Source: Synechococcales cyanobacterium M55_K2018_004
GTDB lineage: Bacteria; Cyanobacteriota; Cyanobacteriia; Elainellales; Elainellaceae
Reading direction: 5' to 3'
Assembly (NCBI GenBank): GCA_015295905.1
Contig: DVEB01000303.1
Location: 2,043 to 66,042 of the forward strand
DNA: 64,000 nt
This document shows, one piece after another, positions 7,228 through 16,533 of the stretch. The notes beneath the pieces are model-generated. The model worked only from the letters and a program-made list of their open reading frames with translations. It was not told the origin of the DNA and made no database searches. The position numbers were made by a program, and so were the translations under genes. The stretch's first letter is position 1; every line of letters begins with the position of its first letter.

Positions 7228-8175
7228 TCACCCACTCACAGCCTCGCACCGTTCCTGTGCCGTGACCACTCCCTGGGTCACCTCGAAGGCACAGTGCGCC
7301 AAGTCATAGGTCTGGTCGGGATTGCTATTAAACCGGACTTTGCCCGCTAAAAACTCAATCGAGAGCGGCACAACCTCCATAATGTGGATATTGCAACTGG
7401 GTTGTAGACCGGGTTGCAGCGTCAATTGATGGCCCTGAGGGTCGGTGATGGTGATGCGATCGCTGGAGGTGGCGATCGCACAGACCTGTCCGTCTAGAGA
7501 AAAGCGAAGTGAATTGGAGTCTCCATGAATTCCATGCACATTCGCATGAAAGGCAGTGATTTCTCCAATCGGCGTTTTCACTAGAGTTGGGTGTTTAGGT
7601 TCCACGGATCGAATGGCACCCTGGGGATAAAAGGAGACCCCTGTGCGGATCTCCATGGCACCAATTGGAGTCTCTATGGTGATTGAGTCTTGCGGCCAGA
7701 AGGTTAGACTTTTCAATGCTCCATCTGGATAAAAATAGGCTGCTAGGAGTTTACTCCGCCACTGACCCACGGGGGTCTGAATGTCGATCTCTGTTGCTAG
7801 TTCGTACTCGTTTTCTACCGTCCAGAAGCCAGTAATTTTCCCATTCAACGGAAAGATACGTTTAATCTGTCCGTCTGGATAAAACAGAATTTGCTCTGCG
7901 GGAATCGCCCCAATACTGGTCTGAATAACCTGCTGGTCTTGTAACACAATACTCCGCAAGCTGCCATCGGGGTAGAACGATAAAGACCGACTTTGCTTGC
8001 GTCGTGGGTCTTCTTCATACTGTGGCACTAATGTTCCACAGGGTGTTTGAATTGGATTAGCGACTTCTAGTGTGCAGCTTTCAACGCAGCCATCACTATA
8101 GTATTCCACCCAAACTAGACCTTTTAGCACGCCATACCTTGTCTCTAAAGTATTGATTGTATCTAAGGTGTTCAT
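7228..8175 (-). CDS. Repeat protein with five (I/V)xTPxG...FYPDGxLKS units (MORN-variant/YwqK-like); function unknown
   Basis: Repeating IQTPCG...SFYPDGSLRSI, IQTSIG...LFYPDGQIKRI, IQTPVG...YFYPDGALKSL, IETPIG...SFYPQGAIRSV, VKTPIG...RFSLDGQV. No signal peptide is evident. Confidence 0.7.
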   Translation of the reverse strand: MNTLDTINTLETRYGVLKGLVWVEYYSDGCVESCTLEVANPIQTPCGTLVPQYEEDPRRKQSRSLSFYPDGSLRSIVLQDQQVIQTSIGAIPAEQILFYPDGQIKRIFPLNGKITGFWTVENEYELATEIDIQTPVGQWRSKLLAAYFYPDGALKSLTFWPQDSITIETPIGAMEIRTGVSFYPQGAIRSVEPKHPTLVKTPIGEITAFHANVHGIHGDSNSLRFSLDGQVCAIATSSDRITITDPQGHQLTLQPGLQPSCNIHIMEVVPLSIEFLAGKVRFNSNPDQTYDLAHCAFEVTQGVVTAQERCEAVSG

Positions 8176-8370
8176 AACGCATTTCTCTCCATGAACGCGA
8201 GAGGTTCAATTTGTTTTCAGATCTATTTCAGATTGATGTATGTCTAGTTGATGTATAAACATAATTTTAGAACCTCAACTGCTGTAAATTGGTTCATTGT
8301 AGACAAAAGGAATAGTCAGAGATTAAGAGATCATGTAGAACAATTGCCCCCAATAGTCTGCCAAACCAAC

Positions 8371-8558
8371 TTAGTCTACTAGCGTGAATTTGAGATACGT
8401 TGAACCCCTTGCTTTTCTGCGCGCAGCGCGCAGAAAAGCAAGGGGTTTGGGTCACCGCGTTTGGCGCGGTGACCCAAACCCCCTCTTAAGCAGAGCTGAC
8501 GTTAGTCTCTAATGTGAATTGAAGATACGCTGAAATCCTCTTAATCCAGACTGACATT
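8371..8558 (+). repeat. Two adjacent family-1 elements: a hairpin-loaded copy (8371-8505) and a hairpin-less L+R copy (8503-8558)
   Basis: L motif ttagtctactagcgtgaatttgagatacgttgaacccc. Perfect 19-bp stem CCCCTTGCTTTTCTGCGCG/CGCGCAGAAAAGCAAGGGG (8405-8445). Perfect 18-bp stem GGGGTTTGGGTCACCGCG/CGCGGTGACCCAAACCCC (8442-8482). R motif ctcttaagcagagctgacgtt. Then a second L motif, ttagtctctaatgtgaattgaagatacgctgaaatcc, is directly fused to R motif ctcttaatccagactgacatt. Confidence 0.85.
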
Positions 8559-8699
8559 CTATGACTTTGGCACGATACAGAACCACAGAATCACCCCTCA
8601 TCCCGAAGAAGACCCACGCGATCGCCTGTGCGCTCATTTAGTTACATCCCAGCCTCTCTATCAGTATCGTTTCACGTTCGGGGGGGTTGATGTGTAGCA

Positions 8700-9158
8700 C
8701 TACTCCAATTCAGTCTGCGAAGCCGGAATTTGATTGAGCATCATCCAATAGAAACCAACCTGACGGGTGACATTCAAAAACTGCTGAAAATCTAACGGTT
8801 TCACGATGTAGCTATTGACCCCCAACTCGTAGCACGTCCTGAGATCCTGGTTTTCTGCTGAGGAGGTCATCACCACAACCACCAAGTCACGAGTGTGGCG
8901 ATGACTGCGAATTGCACGTAAAACTTCGATGCCATTAAGTTTAGGCAGTTTGAGATCTAGCAGCACTAGGCGTGGCAGGTCAGAACGTACCGATTCACTG
9001 ACAGCACTGCCAATGTGCAAATAGTCTAGGGCTGCTTCGCCATCCATGACAACATCGATTTGGTTGACGAAGTTATATCCATCCAGAGCAAGTTGAAATA
9101 ATTCGATGTCGTTTGGGTCATCCTCAACTAATAGAATACGAGTGGGGTCTAAATTCAT
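8700..9158 (-). CDS. Single-domain CheY-like response regulator (Rcp-type)
   Basis: ILLVEDDPNDIELF...LVLLDLKLPKLNGIEVLRAIR...VVVMTSS...SYIVKP. It lies 34 nt downstream of the multi-PAS kinase on the same strand. Confidence 0.9.
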   Translation of the reverse strand: MNLDPTRILLVEDDPNDIELFQLALDGYNFVNQIDVVMDGEAALDYLHIGSAVSESVRSDLPRLVLLDLKLPKLNGIEVLRAIRSHRHTRDLVVVVMTSSAENQDLRTCYELGVNSYIVKPLDFQQFLNVTRQVGFYWMMLNQIPASQTELE

Positions 9159-9192
9159 AATTGACTATTCTTAACGCAACAGAGGGGAAAGG

Positions 9193-12100
9193 CTAAAAAA
9201 GCATAGCATCCTTTTCATGAGAGAAATTAAGGTCACTCGTCAACTTGAAGAAAAAGGTCGCTCCTTGGTTAGGTTGGCTCTCTGCCCAGATGATTCCACC
9301 ATGCCGGTGAATAATCCGTTGCACGATCGCGAGTCCAATGCCTGTGCCCTCAAACTCCAGCTGGTTGTGCAGCCGTTGAAACGCACCAAAGAGCTTGTCT
9401 GCATACTCCATTTGAAAGCCAACACCGTTGTCCTTAATCCAAATTGTTCCCTCAGGTGAGCTACCAATTTCGACACGCGGGGTAGGATGGTGCTGGCTAA
9501 ACTTGACTGCATTGCTAATCAAATTGCTAAATACCTGTTGTAACAGCGTTTCATCGCCCTGGACGGTAGGGAGTTCTCCAATCACAAACTCAGTCGCAAG
9601 GGCCGTTTCTGCACTACTTTGGACTAGCGCGATCGCCTCCTCCACAAGTGACCGTAATTGCACTGGAGCATAGTGCATCGGTTTCCGTCCAACCCGAGAC
9701 AGAGTGAGTAATCCATCAATCAACAACCCCATCTTCTGGCTACTGGTTTCGATCACCTGGAGGTAGTGAACCACCTTCGGGTCAGACAGGGCGTGGTGTC
9801 CTTGCAACCGCTGCTGCAAAGCGTTGACAAAGCCATGGATATGGCGTAGAGGTGCTCGCAGATCGTGGGACACCGAGTAGGAAAACGACTCTAACTCTTT
9901 GTTGCTAACTTCGAGCTGGGCTGTGCGTTGTATTAAAGCCTGGCGTGCCAGAACTAGTTCGGTGATATCGCGGGAGGTGCTAATCAAGGCATAGACTGTT
10001 CCATCAGGCCGCCTTAGGGGAATTTTGTAGGTATCGACATGGAGGTGCTGGGAGGCCAACTCACAGTCTTCCTGGATGTGCATTGTTTCCCCAGACTCAA
10101 ATACCTGACGGTTTTGCTCAGCAAAATCGGCGGCAGTTTCGGGCGGGAAGCACTCAAATATAGTCTTGCCCTGGACAGCATAGCGATCGCCCAGCAGAGT
10201 CACACGGGCCAAGCGGTCATTACAGAAGAGGATGCGCATCTCTTCCCGTTCAATGACGTAGATATAGTCTGGGAGGGCATTGATAAAAGTCAGGAGTAGT
10301 GCAGTGCGCTCTTCCACCAAGGCTTCCAGATTTCGATTTTGCTGTTCCAGCGCCTCGTTCAGTTGACGGATTTCCAACTCGGCCTGTTTGCGATCGCTAA
10401 TGTCCTGGCAGATCCCAACCACTCGCTGGATCTGCCCGTTAGCGTCGGTTACTGGAAATGCCCGTTCCCAAATCCAGCGCACGCTGCCATCAGGTTGCAC
10501 TATCCGATATTCCTGGTTCCAGCCTTGATAACGTCGCTGTTGAATGACGGTGAGAACGCGATCGCGGTCTTCTGGGTGCATCGCCTCAAGCAACGACTCT
10601 GGGTTGTCGTAAAGGCTGGCGCAGGTGCGTCCCCAGATCAATTCATAGGCAGGGCTGACGTAGAGAATCTGACTCAACTCAATGTCTGCCATCCAAAAGA
10701 CTTCCCGGATGTTTTCTGCCAGTTGTCGGAAGCGGGCCTCGCTCTCTTGGAGGGCCATGGCTGCCCACTTGCGATCGCTAATGTCTACAATCAAGCTGTC
10801 CCAAACGACATCGCCATTGGGAAGGCGTTGGGGACGGCCCGATGCTTCCAGCCATTTTCGTTTTCCCGAAGGCGTAGTAATGCGCCATTGCCAAGACCAG
10901 GGTTGGAGGGTGCGAGCAGAGGCTAAAACAGATTCATACATGGCTGGGCGGTCTTCATCATCGATTAGCTCCCACAGAATGCGAGCATCTTCAACCACTA
11001 CGTCCGCCTCCACTTCCCACAGGTCGAAGCAACCAGGACTCATGTAGATGACCTGATCAGAACCATCAGGGTGCATTACATAACGAAAAATTGCTCCCGG
11101 TACATTAGCCGCCATGTTGCGAAAGCGCAGTTCACTCTGGCGCAATTCTTCCTCGGTTCGCTTGCGGTCTGTAATATCGATATTGACTCCCAACACTGCC
11201 TCAATTTCACCGTTGTGCCAGATGGGGGCCATGATCTTGGTGTAAGTGCGCCACTCGCCATGCACCCAGTCCGACTCCTCAACTTGCACAACTTCCCCAT
11301 TCCAGACTCGCTGGTCTTGCTCTTGCCAAGCTGCCCGTAACTCTGGTGATAGATTGCTTCTATCGGCAATTTGGTAAAGATTATCCCCCCACCGCAGACG
11401 AGCGAGTGGATTTTGCACAATCACTCTTTCTTCCCGGTCTTTGGCCCACACTTCAAAGGGAAGGTTGTCAACCAACGAGCGAAACAGCGCCTCACTGCGC
11501 GCCAAGGCTATTTCTGCCTGCTTACGCTCAGTAATATCAACATCCACCCCAATAACCTGGATGGGATGGCCCGCCTCATCGTAGAAGACTTTCCCCAGGG
11601 TTGAGAGCCAACGAATGCTCTGGTCTGGCAAGATAATGCGGTAGTCATTGTCTCGCAGGATGCCGGTTCGCATGGCGGCTTCCCAGTCTGCATTCACCGT
11701 GGCACGGTCATCGGGGTGGACTCGCGCTAAAAAGGTGTTGCGATCGCCATCAAACGTGTTGGGAGCAAACCCAAACAAGGCTTCAACCTGAGGGGACCAC
11801 CACTCTGTGTGAGTGCGGAGGTCACTTTCCCAAATCCCCATACTGGCGGCCTCCATCGCCACCTGCAAACGGGTCTGCTGAGCTTTCTCTGCCTGCTTAC
11901 GTTCTGTAATGTCAAGCTGGATGCCAATCATTCCCGCCGGCTCACCGTCTTCGCCATCAATCCTTTCACCAAACGCTGCCAGCCAGCGCACGCTCCCATC
12001 GGGCAATAATACCCGGTATTCCAGATTCAATTCCGTGGCGGCACTGAATGCTTGTGCAAGCTGGGACGCCACTCTCTCGCGATCGCCAGGATGCACCGCC

Positions 12101-12291
12101 TTGAGCCAATTTTCATAGCTTGCTGCGGTAGTCTGTGGGTCATAGCCCAACAACTGACAGTTTTCTTTTGACCAAAACACCTGGTTTGTCACCTTGTCCC
12201 ACCGCCATGTTCCGGCCTTTGTGACTCTGAGGGCAAGGGAGAGAAACGCTTCGCTATCGCCGAGCGAGGTCTTTTCAGAGCAGTGGTTCAT
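9193..12291 (-). CDS. Multi-PAS/PAC sensor histidine kinase (1032 aa)
   Basis: Several repeats of the PAS/PAC signature (e.g. EYRVLLPDGSVRWL, DYRIILPDQSIRWL, EYRIVQPDGSVRWI, each followed by DITERK/DISDRK). H-box FSYSVSHDLRAPLRHI. HATPase motifs NLISNAVKF, DNGVGF and GTGIGLAIVQRI. Confidence 0.9.
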   Translation of the reverse strand: MNHCSEKTSLGDSEAFLSLALRVTKAGTWRWDKVTNQVFWSKENCQLLGYDPQTTAASYENWLKAVHPGDRERVASQLAQAFSAATELNLEYRVLLPDGSVRWLAAFGERIDGEDGEPAGMIGIQLDITERKQAEKAQQTRLQVAMEAASMGIWESDLRTHTEWWSPQVEALFGFAPNTFDGDRNTFLARVHPDDRATVNADWEAAMRTGILRDNDYRIILPDQSIRWLSTLGKVFYDEAGHPIQVIGVDVDITERKQAEIALARSEALFRSLVDNLPFEVWAKDREERVIVQNPLARLRWGDNLYQIADRSNLSPELRAAWQEQDQRVWNGEVVQVEESDWVHGEWRTYTKIMAPIWHNGEIEAVLGVNIDITDRKRTEEELRQSELRFRNMAANVPGAIFRYVMHPDGSDQVIYMSPGCFDLWEVEADVVVEDARILWELIDDEDRPAMYESVLASARTLQPWSWQWRITTPSGKRKWLEASGRPQRLPNGDVVWDSLIVDISDRKWAAMALQESEARFRQLAENIREVFWMADIELSQILYVSPAYELIWGRTCASLYDNPESLLEAMHPEDRDRVLTVIQQRRYQGWNQEYRIVQPDGSVRWIWERAFPVTDANGQIQRVVGICQDISDRKQAELEIRQLNEALEQQNRNLEALVEERTALLLTFINALPDYIYVIEREEMRILFCNDRLARVTLLGDRYAVQGKTIFECFPPETAADFAEQNRQVFESGETMHIQEDCELASQHLHVDTYKIPLRRPDGTVYALISTSRDITELVLARQALIQRTAQLEVSNKELESFSYSVSHDLRAPLRHIHGFVNALQQRLQGHHALSDPKVVHYLQVIETSSQKMGLLIDGLLTLSRVGRKPMHYAPVQLRSLVEEAIALVQSSAETALATEFVIGELPTVQGDETLLQQVFSNLISNAVKFSQHHPTPRVEIGSSPEGTIWIKDNGVGFQMEYADKLFGAFQRLHNQLEFEGTGIGLAIVQRIIHRHGGIIWAESQPNQGATFFFKLTSDLNFSHEKDAMLF

Positions 12292-12914
12292 AGTGCACCA
12301 GTCGTTGTGCTACTCGCATTCTGTTTCTTACCCATCATATTTGCAGAGATTACTGCTTTGAAGGATGAATTTTTAATGAGTTGCATGCGTTCACAGTGCT
12401 GGCGTCGCCTTTGCAAACCTGCTTTTACCTGCAAGTTTTCTCGAGGGCTAAGTTGACAAATCAGTGCGAGCATCTAGCGGTTTACGACCCTCCTTTTATC
12501 TGCAAGTTATTCTCAATAACCTGAGATCGTTATCACCTGATGCACCGCCAGTTTTGACTCCTCCCCTCAGACAGCATGAAGAGCCATTAAACAATTGCAT
12601 GCCAGACTGGCGATCGCACACAGGCAGACGCACGAACTAAGATACGGTCATCAACACCCCCCCAAAAGACACCTAAGCACAGTCTGTCCGAGGGGGCAGC
12701 GAGCAGCGAACACCTGCTCCGTGTCCTCTGTGTCTCCGTGGTGATTTCTAGGTCATTGCTATAAGTCATTTCATCCTCGACATTATTCGTCAAATAATTC
12801 ATCAAAACTCTCAAAATCGTCAGGAGCTTGAGTTTGTAACTTTGGTAACAGGTATTCAAGCAAAAACTGTTAAAGATTTGTAAAATTACACCAGAATCAG
12901 GAAGATTGGTGGTA

Positions 12915-12939
12915 CTTATTGAGAATAGTTCTTAATTAG
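12915..12939. promoter_or_regulatory. Candidate Fur-box-like AT-rich operator just upstream of feoA
   Basis: cttattgagaatagttcttaattag lies 21-45 nt before the feoA ATG. It shares the core TTATTGAGAATA with the 6-3-6 palindrome GTTATTctcAATAAC at 12506-12520 in inverted orientation. Resemblance to the Fur consensus is only loose. Confidence 0.25.
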
Positions 12940-12959
12940 TAGTAGCTCCTGGTGAACCA

Positions 12960-13703
12960 ATGAATGGTAAAAAGAGTAGTAAAAATGAACAGGTGAGTCA
13001 CCAGTTGCAGCAGATTGAGTTTAGTCACTGGCAGGCATTTACCTATTTCAGCGATGCTGCCCCTGGCAACCCCTCCAGTCAGGCTGCGCAGTCTACCTCA
13101 GAACACTCAAAAGGCTTGCCGAGTTCCTCCAAACTTCTTTCCCTCGCTGAGGGCAAAGTGGGCGATCGCCTTTGCATTACTGCCCTGAACTGTGGTGAAG
13201 CCAATCATCGCCTAGTGGGAATAGGATTGATCCCAGGAGCAGTTGTGGAGGTGCTGAGCTGCACCCCAAGTGGCTCAGTCATTGTGGCACTTCAAGACCA
13301 GCGGTTGGGGTTGGGTGCAGAAATGGCACGCCTCATTCAGGTGATTAACACCCAAGAGCCGTTAGGGGTGGGTGCGAATCGAACGACTGCCAGGATAGTA
13401 GCCATGTCAACGTCTTCTGAAGCATCAACAGCTCAAGCAGCAGGTAAATCAACAACCATATCAACAGTTAAATTACGAGATGTGGCGATCGGAGCGACTG
13501 TGCGAGTGCTTGGGTATGAGCCGACCGCCCGTGACTACAAACGCAAACTTTTGGCCATGGGACTCACCCCCGGCACCTCAATCCGCGTCACTCGCCATGC
13601 ACCGATGGGAGACCCTACTGAAATTGAAGTTCGTGGTTTTCAATTAAGTTTACGAAAAATCGAAGCGGATGCGCTGATTGTGGAACCGATTACCGAGGGT
13701 TAG
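12960..13703 (+). CDS. feoA: Tandem-FeoA-domain protein (two FeoA/SH3-like domains after a roughly 60-aa low-complexity N-terminus)
   Basis: Domain 1: GDRLCITALNCGEANHRLVGIGLIPGAVVEVLSCTPSGSVIVALQDQRLGLGAEMARLIQV. Domain 2: ATVRVLGYEPTARDYKRKLLAMGLTPGTSIRVTRHAPMGDPTEIEVRGFQLSLRKIEADALIV. It sits immediately upstream of feoB. Confidence 0.85.
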   Translation: MNGKKSSKNEQVSHQLQQIEFSHWQAFTYFSDAAPGNPSSQAAQSTSEHSKGLPSSSKLLSLAEGKVGDRLCITALNCGEANHRLVGIGLIPGAVVEVLSCTPSGSVIVALQDQRLGLGAEMARLIQVINTQEPLGVGANRTTARIVAMSTSSEASTAQAAGKSTTISTVKLRDVAIGATVRVLGYEPTARDYKRKLLAMGLTPGTSIRVTRHAPMGDPTEIEVRGFQLSLRKIEADALIVEPITEG

Positions 13704-13706
13704 GCC

Positions 13707-16067
13707 ATGACACAGCAGCTTGCAATCAAACCACGCCGGATCGCTCTAGTGGGCAACCCCAACTGCGGTAAAACCACACTGTTTAATGCTCTCACAGGCG
13801 CCAATCAACGAGTCGGAAATTGGCCAGGGGTCACTGTTGAGCGCAAGGAAGGAAGTTATCGTTCCCACGGACAAACAATTACCATCGTGGACCTTCCCGG
13901 TGTTTATTCTGTGGATGCAGACGATACAGCGACGGGGTTAGATGAACTCGTGGCCAGAGATTATCTGCTCTCTGGGGAAGCAGATTTAATTATTAATATC
14001 GTCGATGCATCCAACCTAGAACGGAATCTTTACCTCACTACACAGATCTTAGAAATGGGCGTCCCCATGGTGATTGCCCTCAACATGATGGATCTGGCCC
14101 AACGCCGTGAGATTCGCATTGACCCCCAGCTTCTAGCAGAGCGGTTGGGTTGTGCAGTTGTCCCATTGTGCGCACACACAGGCAAGGGGATCGCTCACCT
14201 CAAGGAAGTGGTTAACCAAGCCCTAGCTCATCCCGCTATCCCTCAAACCTACGTGGCCTATCCCGCCGTGATTGAGGATGCTCTAGCAGATCTCATGCCA
14301 CGGTTAGCGGCGCACGCTCTGGTCAACCCGACCAATCTTCGGTGGGTTGCATTGACCTTGTTGCAGTACGACGATCGTCACATACCAGAGCTAGATCCAG
14401 CAACCCTACAGCGAGTTGTAGAACACCGTCATCGCATCCATCAAATTCTGGCTGAAGACACCGATTTGCTGATCGCAGACAGTCGCTATACCTGGATCCA
14501 TCAACTGATGCAGGGGGTATCAGAGCGAACCAATATTGTTCAACAAACCACCTCTGATCGAATTGATCAGATTGTCCTCAATCGTTGGCTTGGTATTCCC
14601 ATCTTTTTGGTGGTGATGTATCTGATGTTCCTCATTTCCATCAACCTAGGTGGTGCCTTTATCGATTTCTTTGATATTGGAATCGGCACTCTTTTTGTTG
14701 GTGGAACCGCTCATCTCCTAACACAAATGAGTGCACCTGGTTGGCTAATTGGGCTGTTAGCCGATGGCATAGGCGGGGGAATCCAAACGACTGCCACCTT
14801 TATTCCCCAAATTGGGCTGCTATTCATCTTCCTAGCCATTCTTGAAGATTCAGGATACCTAGCCCGCGCAGCCTTTGTGATGGACCGCCTGATGCGCTTT
14901 ATGGGGCTTCCTGGCAAGTCCTTTGTGCCGATGATGGTGAGCTTTGGCTGCAATATTCCTGGAATTATGGCGACTCGAACCCTGGAAAACCGACGCGATC
15001 GCCTCATGACCATCTTGATGAACCCATTTATGTCTTGTGGGGCACGTCTACCAGTTTATGCACTGTTCGTTGCTGCTTTTTTCCCCAGAAATGGTCAGAA
15101 TATCGTATTTCTGCTCTATGTCCTAGGGATTCTCGCTGCCATCTTCACTGGCATGGTTATGAAGCATACATTGTTTCGGGGAGAAGCAGCTCCTTTTATC
15201 ATGGAACTTCCCCCCTACCACATCCCCACCGTTAGAGGCGTGTTGATTCGTGCCTGGGATCGGCTGAAAACGTTCATCAGTCGGGCTGGAAAAATGATTG
15301 TCATTATGGTCGTAATCCTGGGTTTGATCAACTCCGTGGGTGTGGATGGTTCTTTCGGCAAACACAACAGTCAAGACTCGATCCTGAGCGCCTTCAGTCG
15401 CACCATTACGCCTGCCTTCACCCCAATGGGAATCCAGCCGGAAAATTGGCCTGCGACTGTCGGCCTGTTTACCGGCGTATTTGCGAAGGAGGTGATGGTG
15501 GGGACGATGGACTCGCTCTACACACAACTAGCACACCAAAATGCAGAAGCGCATGATGCAGCCGCTGAGGAGTTTGATTTCTGGGGGGGCATCGGAGCAG
15601 CCGTTGCTAGTATTCCAGCAAACTTAGCAGACTTGACCAATCAGGTACTCGACCCAATTGGCCTCAGCATCCTCAACGATACAGCAGACCCGCAGGCCGC
15701 TGCAGAAGCTCAAGCTGTGCACTACACCACCTTTGGTCAGATGGCCTTGCGGTTTGGCAGCACAACGGCGGCGATCGCCTTCCTGCTGTTCGTACTGCTC
15801 TATTTTCCCTGCGTCTCAGCAACGGCTGCGGTCTACCGTGAAACAAACTTAGGCTGGACAGTCTTTGTCGGAGCCTGGACGACTGGACTAGCCTACTGGA
15901 CGGCCACTTTCTATTACCAGTTCATGACGTTAAACCAACACCCGGCAAGTGCGATCGCCTGGTTAATGGGTCTGCTACTGGTGATGGCCGCAACGTTAGG
16001 GGGGTTAAAGTTGGTGAGCGATCGCCAACACCACCGCAAACTGCACTCTGCTAAAGAGATCCATTAG
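13707..16067 (+). CDS. feoB: Ferrous iron transporter FeoB (N-terminal G-domain plus membrane permease)
   Basis: IALVGNPNCGKTTLFNALTG (G1), VDLPGVYS (G3), ALNMMD (G4), followed by a polytopic membrane region. Length is 786 aa. Confidence 0.95.
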   Translation: MTQQLAIKPRRIALVGNPNCGKTTLFNALTGANQRVGNWPGVTVERKEGSYRSHGQTITIVDLPGVYSVDADDTATGLDELVARDYLLSGEADLIINIVDASNLERNLYLTTQILEMGVPMVIALNMMDLAQRREIRIDPQLLAERLGCAVVPLCAHTGKGIAHLKEVVNQALAHPAIPQTYVAYPAVIEDALADLMPRLAAHALVNPTNLRWVALTLLQYDDRHIPELDPATLQRVVEHRHRIHQILAEDTDLLIADSRYTWIHQLMQGVSERTNIVQQTTSDRIDQIVLNRWLGIPIFLVVMYLMFLISINLGGAFIDFFDIGIGTLFVGGTAHLLTQMSAPGWLIGLLADGIGGGIQTTATFIPQIGLLFIFLAILEDSGYLARAAFVMDRLMRFMGLPGKSFVPMMVSFGCNIPGIMATRTLENRRDRLMTILMNPFMSCGARLPVYALFVAAFFPRNGQNIVFLLYVLGILAAIFTGMVMKHTLFRGEAAPFIMELPPYHIPTVRGVLIRAWDRLKTFISRAGKMIVIMVVILGLINSVGVDGSFGKHNSQDSILSAFSRTITPAFTPMGIQPENWPATVGLFTGVFAKEVMVGTMDSLYTQLAHQNAEAHDAAAEEFDFWGGIGAAVASIPANLADLTNQVLDPIGLSILNDTADPQAAAEAQAVHYTTFGQMALRFGSTTAAIAFLLFVLLYFPCVSATAAVYRETNLGWTVFVGAWTTGLAYWTATFYYQFMTLNQHPASAIAWLMGLLLVMAATLGGLKLVSDRQHHRKLHSAKEIH

Positions 16068-16317
16068 AAGGTAGGCCTTAAAGAGTCTAGGGAGGGATTG
16101 CATACCTATCTGTGTTGGGCGATCGCGACCAGCAGACCCGGTCGCTCAGCAGCCCCGCAGGGCAACGTTGACCCCCAACGAGAAACTCTTTGCGAGGGAG
16201 TCTGGGGGATAGCATCCTCCAAAGCTGTTCGGCTGTAGAGCAATTCAACGAAACCTCTAAACCCATAAAAGAACCTCCAAACAAAAACAGACCAATTCAT
16301 CATGAAATTGATTCAGA

Positions 16318-16530
16318 ATGCTACGAGATCTACAGACCTATTTGAAAGAACGTCAACAAGCCTCTCTGCAAGAAATTGTCCAGCAGTTTCATACAGATGC
16401 GGATGCTTTACGGGGGATGCTCAATCAATTGATTCGTAAAGGGCGGGTGCAAAAAACAGAAGGTGCAAAATGTACTCACTGTCGAGACTGTGCTCCCGAA
16501 TCTGTTGAATTTTATGAATGGATTAATTAG
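16318..16530 (+). CDS. feoC: FeoC-like small winged-helix protein with C-terminal Cys cluster
   Basis: MLRDLQTYLKERQQASLQEIVQQFHTDADALRGMLNQLIRKGRV...CTHCRDCAP. Size (70 aa), position after feoB and the Cys motif all fit FeoC. Confidence 0.65.
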   Translation: MLRDLQTYLKERQQASLQEIVQQFHTDADALRGMLNQLIRKGRVQKTEGAKCTHCRDCAPESVEFYEWIN

Positions 16531-16533
16531 GAG

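Noticed and set aside
9217-12118. Plus-strand ORFs inside the multi-PAS kinase gene (e.g. 10339-10926, 195 aa; 10682-11047)
   Set aside because: They are antisense to a CDS with unambiguous PAS/HisKA/HATPase motifs. No independent motifs or start-site signals are present.
12587-12859. 90-aa reverse-strand ORF in the kinase-feoA spacer
   Set aside because: The composition is non-protein-like, with no ribosome-binding site. The region is better explained as regulatory or non-coding DNA.
16087-16303. Two overlapping 65-aa reverse-strand ORFs between feoB and feoC
   Set aside because: They are mutually exclusive frames with no motifs, lying antisense within a plus-strand operon spacer.
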